Below are positions 42,415 to 57,100 of a stretch of DNA of 64,000 nucleotides, in pieces. The notes below the pieces were generated by a model. It did no database searches. It worked only from the letters and a program-made list of their open reading frames with translations, and was not told the DNA's origin. Both the position numbers and the translations under genes were made by a program. How positions within the stretch are numbered: position 1 is the first letter of the stretch; the number at the start of each line of letters is the position of its first letter. Origin of the DNA: Chrysomallon squamiferum (lineage: Eukaryota; Animalia; Mollusca). Location: positions 17,856,001 through 17,920,000 of the forward strand of contig CM022669.1 of NCBI GenBank assembly GCA_012295275.1. Direction: 5' to 3'.

Positions 42415-42745
42415 AATATTCTAAAAAGATTCTTTGAGCTAATATTAATACAGGGTGCAGTTTGAATATATGTAGGTGGATTAATATCAAATAGATTCTC
42501 TGATCTAATATTAATATTGAGCTCAGTTGAAATATAAGTGGATTAATATCAACTAGATTTCTTTGATCTAATATTAATACAGAGTGCAGTTGTAATATAA
42601 ATGGATTAATATCAACTAGATTCTTTGATCTAATATTAATACTGTTGTACAGTTGTAATATAAGTAAGTGGATTAATATCAACTAGATTCTTTGATTTAA
42701 TATTACAACTGAACTCAGTTGTAATATAAGTAAGTGGACTAATAG
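42415..42745. repeat. ~62-bp minisatellite (ggattaatatcaactagattctttgatctaatattaatac...cagttgtaatataa), ~5 copies
   Basis: ggattaatatcaa recurs near 42478, 42540, 42603 and 42670. Explains the repetitive ORF 42362..42682. Confidence 0.85.
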
Positions 42746-43088
42746 GTGAGATATTCTTATATCTAATACTAATTCTGGTAACAAAAAGATATTATAAAAG
42801 TTAATGTATTATTGTCTGGAGGGGATCAGGATAAAACAATAGTAATGGCCTTAGATGTAATCTAAGTCAATGCATTTATGCTGGGAAGATACTAAGATCT
42901 AATGCTAATACTGGTATTAGGTCTGAGTCAACACATTACTGTCAGAAAAATATCTGAGTCAAGTATCAGTTCTGGTTTCAACTTTTGTATTACTGATATC
43001 ATATCACATTTCCATGTATTTTAACAAGTTTTTGGATTGTGTTTGGAGTTTTTTTTTTAACAAAAAGTATTTTGGATGAATCACTCAC

Positions 43089-43178
43089 CTTCCATCTTTT
43101 CCTTGCCATGAATTTTTTAAATGATTCAATGTTTATCAAAGCTGATTTTCTTAATGTTTCTTGACGTTTGAACTTTGG
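43089..43178 (-). CDS. DAPK1: DAPK autoregulatory/CaM-binding exon (90 nt): PKFKRQETLRKSALINIESFKKFMARKRWK
   Basis: Acceptor tttcag|CCA and donor AAG|gtgagt. Resembles human NMEKFKKFAARKKWK. Confidence 0.94.
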
Positions 43179-43446
43179 CTGAAAAAATTTACATACAAAC
43201 AATAATCAAAAATGTTTTATACAGATAGATAGATAGATAGGTATTTTTATACATATATAAATTAAAATGTTTATTTGTACTTATGAAGACTTTCATTAAA
43301 AGCATATGTGTCTGTTTATGAGTGTATAACTATTTTGGTGCATGTATTTTTATTTGTGTACGAGTGTGTATGTATTTGTTTATATGTGAGTGTCTGTGTG
43401 TATATGTACATGTTTGTGTGTATCTGTGTTCTAATTTTAGTGATAC

Positions 43447-43492
43447 CTTAATCCAAGGATGATTTAAACAGTCCTGCACTGTGTTCCTTTTC
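43447..43492 (-). CDS. DAPK1: DAPK kinase C-terminal exon (46 nt): KRNTVQDCLNHPWIK
   Basis: Acceptor ttccag|G and donor AAG|gtatca. HPWI marks the end of the kinase domain. Confidence 0.93.
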
Positions 43493-44582
43493 CTGGAATA
43501 TAAATTTAAAAATCATTTATTTACTTTACACTAAAAATACCCCCAAAATGCAAGAAGAATAAAACTAATCAGATTCAGTAAACAAAATTAAATAATTTGA
43601 AAACATAAAGTCATAAAAATATAAAAATTTTTTTTTTTTTTTTTTAAATCTTTTTATATTCAATTTTTGTAATAAATTACATAAAGAGAAATGTTAAAGT
43701 TTTAATTTCATTCAAATATTATACATTTTTCTTAAACCATTATACAAACTTTTATCTTTATGTTCAAGAATGTCTGATATTGATAGAAAAAACTGAACTG
43801 AAATGTTGTTTTATTACATCTATAGCAATCTGTTTGCAACATTTTATTTTAAGCAACAGAACTCTTTGTGAACTAGGTTATTAGGAGTTACTTCCCTTTA
43901 TCATGATAATTTGTTTCACTAAAATTATTAGACTTTCTTTTTTTTGTCTGAGTCGAATATCATTTCAAATTTTCAATTATTTGGCAATTTAAAGTTTACA
44001 ACTATCAACCACTTTCTAATTATTAATCTGCCAAAACTGATTCTTAACAAATTAATAAGATGAATTAAACTTTGCAATAAAACAGTTTAAAATAACTGTA
44101 CTTACAGAATTAATATTCAGAAATTAATCACACAAAAAATAATTTGAAAACCAACCAGACAAATAATTTATAAAGACCAGCATACAACACATTAAAAAAA
44201 GACAACAACTGAGTCTTGTATATCGTGAGAATATAAAAGATTTTGAGAACAAATTATTATTTCCTGAGTAATATAAAAATATTTCCCCACCCACATTTAT
44301 TTAATTGATGTTTATTTAGTTGGGTTTTTTTTTCCATAATAATTTAATGCTTTTGTTATTTTTGACAACAGATCAATATTTTTTCCATTATTTCTTTGTT
44401 AACAATAACAAGAGAGTGCAACAAAGCACAATTAGCTAATAACCTAGACATTTTTCTGTATGTGTCCTTTTTCAATACGTTTTGCTACATCTCAAAAAAA
44501 TAAAAAATAAAAATAACAATAAATATTAAAAAAAATTAATAATAATAATTGAATTAATTTTATGAAAATAAGTAGATACCTA

Positions 44583-44759
<177 letters not shown>

Positions 44760-45715
44760 TTATTACACTTATAGACAGATATGCACATACACGCAAAAAC
44801 AGAGACGTGTTTACATAAACACACAAAGACACATACACAAACACAAACACACATGCATACACACATACATACAACACAAAATAACTTGAACAAAAATGAA
44901 TGATAAAAAAAAATCCTTTAACTTGACAATAATAATAATGATGACAATGATGATGAAAATAATATTTATTAGAAACAATTATTAAAAACCAAAAAATTAA
45001 AATAAAGACAAGAATTTTTTCCTGAATGCCTTTTCTAAACATGCCATAAAAGCACAGTCAAAAATATTCTTCCAAAACACATCTGTTTTTCCTATAATTA
45101 CATAACATGCACACTAATGGACTGATAGATGCATGGATGGATAAACTGAAATTGCTACGTAATTCCCTGTTGACTTTTTTTATTCTTACATCAACATTCA
45201 TGAGTGTTCTTATTATTTCTTATTGTTATAGTTGCTGTTGTTGTTGGTGATGGTAGTCATGATGGTGTTGTTGTTGCATAATTATTATAATTACTGTAGA
45301 GAGCGAGAGAGAGATAATGAAATATAGAGAAAGATGTAGTACTGCTATTTGTACCATCATTAGTATCACTTATAATTATTAACATAACATCATCAACATC
45401 GTCATTATTATTATTTAAATCATTACATAATTAAGTACATTCATACTCAGGGATGCTACAAATGCTTTTTTTTTCTCACATTACAACTAGCACAGCATCC
45501 TGCTCTGCAGTGAGGTGAGACACAAAGTAATTAGACGTGTGTATGTTAATACATATCACATGCAGGTAAGAAACCAGCTGGTAAAGGCCTCATCGAATTC
45601 CACAAGAGAACATAAAATTAGTACTTTTTCCTTTTTTTTTTATTTTCCTTTTGGTTTTGCTGTTGCTGTATCAGCAAAATACCAGAGAATATTTGCACTT
45701 GAAGACATGAACAAT

Positions 45716-45751
<36 letters not shown>

Positions 45752-46732
45752 AAATGGAATTTATTATTATTTTATTATTATTATTATTATTGCTGCTGCT
45801 GCTGTTGTATTAATAAGAACCTTGAGAATGTTTTTAGATATTTTGTTCTTATTGGGTTTTTTTACTGACACCATGGAATTGTTATAAATTATTTATTTTT
45901 TTTTTTTTCTCTGATATTTAATTTTTACATCATGTTTAAGTGTATCAAACATAAAGACATAAATTATTCTTTTGTTATAATTTATTACCGTAATGTGAAT
46001 GAGTATTTCTGGTGCAGCTGTATTTGCAATATGCTTCAGTCTATTTTTAAAATAAAGAGATCATTGCTGACATAAGAATTTTTTTTTTATTTTTTTTTTT
46101 TTTATTTATAATACATTTCTTCTTTTTTCTTCTTTTCATTTATTTTTTTTATTTTTTTATTTATTTTTAAATTTTTTGGTTTTTTATTTTTACCAAAATC
46201 CATGAAACATGTGCAATTTTAGTTTTATTATCTTAATTTTTTCTTTTTTTAAAGCTGCTGTTATTAATATTTCCTTTCCTGTTTTATTATTTATTTATTT
46301 TTAATTATTTATATTTATTTATTTACTTAATGCATTCAAAAGATGCCTTAGTCCAATATGTTCTCTGGGTTTTTAGGGGGCTTTTAACGTACACATATTT
46401 GTTAATATAAACAATTATTTATTTTTTTAAAGGTTTTCTTAACAATACTCTTTTTTTTCTTCTTCTTTTTTTTTTTACTACAATAACAACATGCATGAGT
46501 CTTTTTTTAACATCATGACACATTTCTTATACATGGATTAGTTTTTTCTTTTCCTGTTTTTTTTTCCTACAGCATCATGACATAGATTTCTCATTAAGTA
46601 AAAAGCATGATATATCAGGTATCTGCAGCTGTTGGAAGATGGCCAGGTAAATATCTAATTACAAAAAAAATCATGTTGTTCTTTCTCATATCATTCACTG
46701 ACATCTCTCAAAATAAATGGAAAAAGAGAAAA

Positions 46733-46735
<3 letters not shown>

Positions 46736-46824
<89 letters not shown>
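46736..46824. repeat. (GA)n microsatellite; similar tracts at 47709-47787 and 52586-52641
   Basis: Read directly from the sequence. Confidence 0.95.
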
Positions 46825-46825
<1 letters not shown>

Positions 46826-47296
46826 AAGTGAAAGGGAGAAATAAAAAGAAAGACAAAGAGGGAAAAGAATAAAAGAAAAATAACTGAAGTGAGATTAAGC
46901 AAGAGAAAAAAAATAGAAAAAGATTTTATAAAGATTATAAATAAACCAAAATACACATTATTAACAGAACAAAATTTAAGAAAAACAAAATTTTACATTA
47001 AATTTTAACAATGATAATTATAAATAATTATGAATAAAAGACACAGAAAAAAGGAACAGAAGAATAAAAAATGAGAGAGAAAATAGCAAAAACTGACAGA
47101 GAAAAAGAAACAAAAATAGAAAGAAATAGCAAAAAGTGACCTTCAGAAAGGAACAAATAAAAAGAATAAGAGAAGGGAAGAAAAAGAACAAAAACCAACA
47201 ATGAGAAAGACAGAAAGAAGTAATAAGAGAGACAGAAAAAGGAAAGAAAAGACAAAAGGAAGACTGGAAGAGAGAACAAGGATGTAGAGTTACTTA

Positions 47297-47398
<102 letters not shown>

Positions 47399-47704
47399 TC
47401 AAAAATGATCAAGTAATACCCAGCAATCAATCACAGATCAGACCAGCTTATTATAGAGAAAAGCTCAGATTATAGTGTTTCTATCGGACAGTCCAGTGTA
47501 AATAATACAAGTGATTTAAAACTGAAACACTGTGCTGGTAAATGTAAAATAAAATATCTCTTAAAAATATAGATTTCACATGATGAGTATAGTAACTGCT
47601 GCTTTTAATATATATTATTATTATTATTATTATTTTTAGATAAATTTTTATATATTTTATTATAATTGATTTAACATTATATATATGTACACTGAGAGAA
47701 AAAC

Positions 47705-47790
<86 letters not shown>

Positions 47791-47826
47791 TTTACTTTTA
47801 GATTTATATTTATGCTTTCCACATAC

Positions 47827-47950
47827 CTACAAATTCTGCTGTACCCATCATGGCTCTAATTTCATCTCTTGGCCCGATTTTCTGTGCTAAACCAAAATCT
47901 ATAAGTTTAATACTCTGGCAGTCTAGGTTTAGCAACATGATGTTTTCAGG
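47827..47950 (-). CDS. DAPK1: DAPK kinase exon (124 nt): PENIMLLNLDCQSIKLIDFGLAQKIGPRDEIRAMMGTAEFV
   Basis: Acceptor tttcag|CCT and donor G|gtatgt. Contains PEN, IKLIDFG and the activation segment. Confidence 0.95.
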
Positions 47951-48142
47951 CTGAAATAGAATAAATATTTATAATATTTACAGACTATAACAGAATAAAT
48001 TGACATTATGATAAACTTCTAGTAATCTTTATTTAGATTTTTTCTAAATTTTAAAATTGTTTTATTTAATATTACTTTTTTAATACTGTTTTGTTATGTA
48101 ATTTATAAGAAACAGTGGTTGAATTTTAAATAACAGTTTTCT

Positions 48143-48539
<397 letters not shown>

Positions 48540-48942
48540 TCAAAAGCATATAATTTCAATAGAAAAAAAAGAAATGTGTATTTCAAACCAAATCTCAGAA
48601 ACATTAAAAAAAAAAATACGTTTATAAAAATCAGGATTATAATTAATATTGTTTATTATATAAAATAACGAATGAAAACACAATTAAATAAATAAAAATA
48701 TATATTACTCAGATATATACAACAAAAAAATTAATTCACATTAAGATTTGCATATCAAAATAAATACACAGTAACGCACTCTTACATAGATACATATACC
48801 ATATATTTACACATTTATCAAGAAAGAAATTAACTAAACAAATAAATAATTATAAAATATAAGAAGACCTGAAAAATTAAAAGATATACAAAACAATCAA
48901 ATGTCGAACTATTCTGTATTTACACATAAATGCATAAGAAAA

Positions 48943-48976
<34 letters not shown>

Positions 48977-49046
48977 AAAAAGAGTAAAAAGATTCAAATA
49001 AAACCTCAACTGTATAAAAGAAAAATGTGAAGAGTTAATTTATGTG

Positions 49047-49224
49047 ACTTTTAAATGTAACTAAAGAGGGTCAGGTTTATTTCTAGTTAAACTCTCTTAT
49101 TCTTATCCCTTTCTGTCCCAGAAACTAACTTTTAAATGTAACTTTTAAATGTAACTAAAGAGGGTCAAGTTTATTTCTAGTTAAACTCTCTTATTCTTAT
49201 CCCTTTCTGTCCCAGAAACTAACT
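49047..49224. repeat. Near-perfect tandem duplication (~84-bp unit, 94-bp period)
   Basis: Two copies differ at one base (tcaggt/tcaagt) and have an extra acttttaaatgta between them. Confidence 0.9.
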
Positions 49225-49531
49225 AATTCTTCAAACAGAAAAACATGCATTCTAGAGAATGTTATATATATATATATATTTCTGAATTTTAAAACTGTTT
49301 TGCACTTTATAAAGGTATTTGTACTCAAAAAATAAACAAACAACTTTTTATATGTACATTTCTCTGAATATGTAAGTGTGAGTTTATGTGTATGTATGTA
49401 TGTGTGTTTGTACATGTGCATGTATATTATAGGTTTCTGTTTATTATCAATTAGGTTGTCAACTACCATCTGATAAAAAGCACACAAAAACCTATAAATG
49501 TTCATATACATAAATATACCTGCTCAGAAAC

Positions 49532-49565
<34 letters not shown>

Positions 49566-49973
49566 TAGTTTCTAAGCAAAAAAATATTAAGTCTAAAGGA
49601 GTATCACATTTTCACACTAAACCTTAAAAAAAATACAACCATATTGTATTTATTCAGAGCAAAATACAAAGAAACTATATAAATCATGGATAAAAATAGG
49701 TTTCAATGTTTGCAGGAACAAACATAGTCCATTTAACATAATTATTATCTAGTTACCAGTAAAAGGAAGCAACATACTGTTAGGCTTTATAATTTAAAAA
49801 AAAACAATTTTTAATGAAAGATATGGGGAAATTATATTTAATGCTCAGTATGCATAAATCCACAAACAAGATAGATGTATGTCCATATTTTCTTCACAGT
49901 TAAAATAAAAAATGAAATATATGAATATTTATTTATCTGTTTATTTACTGGTGTATTTCTTAATATAAAATGA

Positions 49974-50007
<34 letters not shown>

Positions 50008-51040
50008 ACAAACACACACACACAATTATAACATTACACATTTAATGCACACACAATTCAATTTTTCTCTTTTTTTAAATGTAGCACTGCATTAATATAC
50101 ACCCATAAACAAACACACATAAACAATCACATCACATAAAATAAAATAATAATAACAGCCAAAAATTGCAGATCAAAAACTAATAAAATAAACATATAAA
50201 AAAATATATTAAAAAATGGATTTTTGAAACATCAATAATGATACTGAGCAAAAAATAGTTTGTAATGCATGAGTAATAAATAAATGACTTTTTTTTCAAA
50301 ATACAAAATACAAATACACAAGATTATCGGACAACTCTGGCAAGGAGGACCACCAAACTGCGACAGACGGACTTTACTTTGTGTGGACCCACCTACACAG
50401 TGCTGAAATGCAAACAGGTACATTGTTGTTTTTAAACAAAATATTTCAAACCGGCCAAGATACACACAGTGAGTGAGTCAGCTGTGGGTCGTATTGATTT
50501 TTTTTCTTCATAAGAAATGCAAGTAGGAAGCTGTGCATATCTTCGATATTCTGCCAGAGTCTACGGAATAAATCACTCATAAAGATACCGATACTTTTGT
50601 CTGAAATCATTTATTTTCACATATTGAAGTAAATGTGACAGATTGCAGTAAATTGTGTTTATTTCACAGTTACACTAGTTTTATGCAGATTATTTTAAAT
50701 GCTAGCACATGCACAGATACATGCATGCACACAGATACCAATGCAAGTATTCAAACAAAAAAAAAAGAGTCTAAAGCAACATATTTTGTTTAATGTTACT
50801 ATTAACAGATTAAATGTTGTGATTAAAATTAAGTTATCATGTACAGTGGCAGTTTCAAACATTCACATGCATATATATAAACTGTTGTGAGTAGTATGTG
50901 TTTTTGATACCCAGAAGGAAAAATGACACATAGCATGTGACATACTGATAATTTCATGTTGGTTTATTTATTAAGCCACAAATAACATTGTAACCAAAGT
51001 TAACTCATGATTTTTATTGACTGATTTAAATGTTTGCTTA

Positions 51041-51042
<2 letters not shown>

Positions 51043-51114
<72 letters not shown>
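51043..51114. repeat. (CA)n microsatellite; similar CA/TG tracts at 3200-3246, 14225-14370, 20997-21210, 25830-25889 and 38920-39046
   Basis: Read directly from the sequence. These tracts are the source of the HTHT/CVCV pseudo-ORFs. Confidence 0.95.
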
Positions 51115-51116
<2 letters not shown>

Positions 51117-52584
51117 TACACATCTGAAACTTCATTTTTATCCATTACACATTTCATACAGTAAAGGATACTAAATCTTATAAATATTTACTATATATTT
51201 TAAAAAAAATCATTATCAGCCAAAACAGTACAATCTTCTGACAAGACTGATTATCTTTGCCATGCATTGGTCTGTTTGACAAAGGTTAAGGACCTATCTG
51301 TTACCATTAATTATTTACCAAAATATTTACCACTAGCCCACCCACTTATACACAGCAAAAATGGAAATAAAAAAAGTTGGTAATGCACTAGTATTTGCCT
51401 ACAGGTGTAAGAAAACTGACAAACAATGGAAATAAACCGATTTGTCCAAATTTAACCAAACTGGTGACTATTGTCTGGGGCTAAGTGCTCGAGGACAAAT
51501 ATGATAAGCAGCTTATTATTTGTACCACACAAAATCTTATCAAGAGGAAACTGAACAGCAATTTGTTGTCAGAGACCGTGAGCTGTTGATGAGATAATGA
51601 ATGCTCTATGAGTGATGGCAACAATGGAATTACTGGACTCACAGCAGATTGCCATCAGCCACTGAACTGAATTACAAATAACTTGAAGAAAGGGCAAGTG
51701 AGGTCGGCTGATGTATATCAGTGCAAGATTTAGAATCGTCAATTTGGCTAATCATTAATATCAGATTGGATTAGGTAAAGTAAAGAGTATTTATTTACTG
51801 TTATTTTAATCTGGTCTTAGTTATTCTGTAGTCCACAGTTTTTTATTCTTGTGTGATCTGGTACTTGACAGACAGAAATACAGATTAACAGATAGACAGA
51901 TATATATATAAAAAACAGACATACCCAGTCAGATAGATAAGGGACAAAGAGTGTTATATTGTAAAGATCACACCAACAACACATACACACACACACACAT
52001 ATTAATTTATATACATGGATAGAGGTACAGAGGGACAGGCAGATAGACAGACAGATAGACAGATACAAATCACACAGAGTCACCTTAACAAAAAAATAAA
52101 TAAGGCATAGAGACAGTCATGACCTCGTACATACCTGAGGTAGATAAGAGAGTCAGACAGACATACATAAACAAACAGACTGATGGAAAGATATACAGAC
52201 ATAAAAATAGTTTTAAAAAGGTATGGATAGATAAATAGGTATAAATCTAAATTTATTTAAGACTCAATCATGCAAGCAAACGTCCACAAAATACTTGTGA
52301 TTAAATTAGCCTTGACCAAAATACACCTCACTGGTCAAAGTAAAGAGCAGACTATTGATCCTCAGATCACAATACTTGCACCTTCCACACATCTACTAGG
52401 ATCTGAATTAACTTTCCAGACAGTCAGACATGAGCACAGTGGGTCAATTTTGCTTTTACAGTAAAGCAATTCAATACTCGAGATACGTCTATTTATAATC
52501 TATTCAGATTTCTGTGAGTTAAAGAGATAATCAGTAGTGAAAGGCAGAGGAGAGAGTGAAAGAGCAAAGACAGAAAGAAAATTA

Positions 52585-52647
<63 letters not shown>

Positions 52648-54074
52648 AGTAACAGAAATGGAAAGGAGGAAGAGAAAGATAAAAACAAAAGGAGGAAGAA
52701 AAGTGAATGAGAGGTTGAGATAGAAAGACAAAATAAACAAAAGACAGACAAAGAATAATTAAAAAAAAGAGCTATAAGTTATAAGTCATGTTATACAAAA
52801 GTATGAGAAAAGAAACCTTTAATGGGTTACTTGGATTTTTTATATTCACCACTCCAAAGACAGGAAGAAAAATGAAAATGATCCTTCCCAGGCATTAGAT
52901 GAACAATTCAAAGATATCAAAAATTATATTAATCCTAGATTTGAAGTCATGTCAGTTAGTATTTATGGTTTTATTCTGCAGAGATATGTTAATCAAATTT
53001 ACTATTAATTAGTCTATACAAATTAATTGAACTTTTGCGTGAAGATTTCAGGTTAAAATGAAACAATATTTATTATAAATGATAAATATTGATTGATTTA
53101 AGGGCTCCAGTGGAACAGAGTGATAAACAGCTAATAATAAGTAAGAATTTATCTATGTTAATCAGTGATTAAAAAATTAATAGATTATTATAAATTATTT
53201 ATTTATAGATAATGTAGGTGCCAATATAATGAAATGATAAACATAATAAACAATAATAGCAAGTATATAAATATGTCTTTGGTTTACATAAATTTTTGTT
53301 TAAATTTTTGATTGTAATGGAACAACAGAGTTGATGATTTTCAGTTAAAATATTATAAACTGAAAATATCTAGAAATAATGCTGGCTCTTAACAAAAAAA
53401 ACTGTTAAATAATTATAGCTGTACCAATTACAATTCAAATTAATATTTTTAATAGAAATTAACAGATCAAAGCAAGAACATAACAAATGGATTGAATAAA
53501 TAAACATAGAGAATATGCATCAAGAGTTTAACCTAAAACAAAACAAAGTGAGTCATTTTTCAACGACTCTTTGTCATTTTGCCATCAGTGGGTATCAAAT
53601 AGATCGGTTTACCAAACAGGTCACATTACTTTCATCTGACTGTTAAACATGTAAATGTTTATTTATATATACAGTTATTTCTTGGCTACAGGTATACTAG
53701 TCACCAGTTCTGTTAGTACTGTTTGGTTTGTGGCAAAGCCAATGTATTTACCACAGTGGCTTCCAACACTGGAAAAAGCAAAAGTTGTGCACATCACAAA
53801 GCAGTTTTAAAACCTCAAGAAAGATAATGTAATTAACACACACAACACACACATACAGAAAACATATATTATTGCACTGAAGTAAATGATAAAAAGCTAA
53901 GCCTTTATTCTAAGCATTTTAATTCTGCATTAACCTACTTCAGTCTGGAAGTAATAGTAAACTAAAGAAAACATTGTTTGAAGAATACTGTTTTGGGAAA
54001 CAGTATCTCAATACTAATTTTAAGTAGTATGCCTGCAGTTTGTTGGTCGTGTGTGTGTGTGTATAAATGAATAG

Positions 54075-54112
<38 letters not shown>

Positions 54113-57100
54113 TATTAAAATGTGCTGTCAGTAGACATACTTTCAATCATTACTGCTTAATCTGCCAAATATTTGCAAATTGACACTATAACTATTTAAT
54201 TAACTAACTTATAGAACAAGCTGAGCTTTTAAATAGTATTCTATTTTAATAAAAAATAAATTTAAAGTTATTAGAAAATAACATCATTAACATAAGTATT
54301 CCTATATACATGATTACAATTGTAATTAGGTTCAACATGTTTAGTGCACTATTTCTATTTATTTAACCTGTCATGACAGAAAACAATAGTTATTTCCATT
54401 TCAAAAGAATGTGATACATTTTTTATCACTGGGTTATTTTTCATCCAGAAATATAAAGTTCTAAACTGGTTCACATAAAATTATTTATCAGTTTGCTGAT
54501 GTGTTTTTGAATATTATTGACAAATTAAATTTTTCACAGTCAAATAAAAATCTCGGGTCATTAAATGCGTAAACTGTTATGATAATTTGGGATTAGTTTA
54601 GTAAGTATAGATATAATAATACATATATACATGTGTTTATATCATGTGTGAACTTGTTGGTGAGTGAGATATTTAACCAAATAACTCACATTTGTATTAG
54701 TGTGTATGTAAGAGTGTTTGTATCTTTGGGTGTCTATATTTTGTTGTGTGTGTGCATAGTTGTTTGTGTATGTATATTTGTGTGTGTGTCTATATCTATA
54801 TATATGTATGTAAATATATATGTCTCTATATGTGTAAGTGTGTAAGTTTGGCATGTGTGTTTTTATTGCAGCCATGTTTAATATAAAAAAAAATAGGTAA
54901 AAATAAAATCTGATATGTATATATACAGATATATAAACTCAGACACACACACACATGCACAATGCACACATTATATCCAAATTCATAATGTCACCTAATA
55001 AAATAAATGTTAAAATATATTTCCATGTTTATGGCCTTTTACAATGTGCAATAACATGAACAGATGTTCAATACCTTTGTTTATATAACTCTATATAGTG
55101 TTACAAATGTCATGCAAGCTATCACAAAATCATTTTCAGAATAATAATTTCATATTATAATATAACAAAAATATAGCCATATAGATATATAGACACTAAT
55201 ATGGACAATTTATGTTTTTTAAGTTTAATTTATAAAGTTCTGTCTGACTCTAAAACAAATGCATTGGAGCATAATAAAATATCTCTTCATATCTCTCTCT
55301 CTCTCTCTCCTTCTTTTTCACTGTCTCTCATACAACACTTTATCTATTTCTTTCTATTTCTCTCTCATTCTTTCTCTTTCAAATAAATACACACAAAGAT
55401 AGACCTAGACAAAATAATTTAGTTCAAAACCTTTAATTCTTCTTAATTATTATTATTTTTTTTTTTTTTAATTATTATTTATTTATTTTTATTATTATTA
55501 TTTTTTTTTTTTTTTTTTTTTTTTTTGCATAGGTTTTATATATATCCATGCCACTGAAATTAAAACAAACATGGTGTCACTTGTTTGAAATCTATGAAAC
55601 GTGCCAATGGTTAAAACAAATCTATTCAGAGTACAAAATATTAATAATAAAAGCAATAACAATTATTGAAATAAGGTTCTATAGCTGTTTCGCCACCATT
55701 AATCAATATATCTTTGTGTCTGAAAATCTGCTGTGTTCAGTGTATTGAATAACTGGCTGCCAGCATCAAAGCCACATTTACTCAACTAAACATCTGTTGA
55801 AAATACTCAAAGAAATATTTACTTCATCAAAAACCAATTTTTAAAAATTAATAATATATTAAATCAGAACTGGCCTAAACTTAACAGTCTACATAACTTT
55901 GGGTCTTTGCAAAAGAAATGATTAGTCTGTTGATTTGACTCTGTTATCAGGTAAAGTGATTAACTTTCTTATGTTTACTGATAGTGGTAATATACAGCTT
56001 AAAGGTGTTGGGTCAATTACCTAAAAATTATACAGGTAATTAAATATCACTGATTTATTGTCTAAACTGTAATCACAGATATGAGCAGTTATATAATGTG
56101 AAAAACAATTAAACAATATGCATATAATTATACAGTGTTTGTACAATTATGCAGTATGAAAATAGTTACAAAATAAGTGTACAATAATACATTATGTGTA
56201 CAATTATGCAGTAAGTGTACAATTATATATGTACAATAATATGTGGTTATACAATGTGCAGTTATATAATATGTGGACAGTTATACAATATGTACACTAT
56301 TAAACAATGTATGTACTTTTATACAGCATATTACAAAATATTCATGTTTTAAGTCAATTATTTTTATTAAGCTTAAATATTATATTAAGTAATATAACAA
56401 TAAATAAATAAACAAATGAATAAATAAACAAATAAACAAATAAACAACAGTTATATCAAAATATGATGACAAATCACAAAATAATGAGTTTGATTAATAT
56501 TGATTTTGAGAAGAGTTGTTTTGTTTGTTTTTTTAATTTATTTTTCTCTTCTTTTTCAAGTGTCATAATTTAAAGAAGTCTTGACTGCATATTAACTTTT
56601 TTTTTTCTTTTTTTTTTAATAATTCAGTTTTATAAATTAAATTTTTTTTTTGAATTATTATAGATATTTTTTTAATTTTTGTAATTCAGCTTGCTATGCA
56701 ACATATGGTTAAAGATTTAATACAATTTTTTTTTTTCTTGTTTTCAGAACTACAGGCTGTACAAAAAATAAAATAACCACAAATGAAATTAACCTCAAGA
56801 AACAGTATCTACAAAATTTTCTATTACAGTTTCACTATTAACACTATCTCAGTTAATGTAAACTGACTTACTTTAAAAAAAAAAAAAATAATAATAATAA
56901 AAATTCTCCTATTATCTTTACTGCCCACTGCTGCTTAGAATTACATGATTTGAAATGTTTGGCAGACAGAAAAAAAATAAAAATAAGAACTATTTATACA
57001 CCTTCTTTAACAGTATCACAATCTCACACATTCAGACTATCTTAAAATTTCAGTGGCATTACACTATAATGGACATGGAACACACTGCAAACATGACGTT

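Noticed and set aside
51608-51660. Inverted repeat tgatggcaa/ttgccatca with ATGA..AA..GA spacing (SECIS or pre-miRNA?)
   Set aside because: The SECIS helix II does not pair, the site is intronic, and the 9-bp stem is too short for a pre-miRNA.
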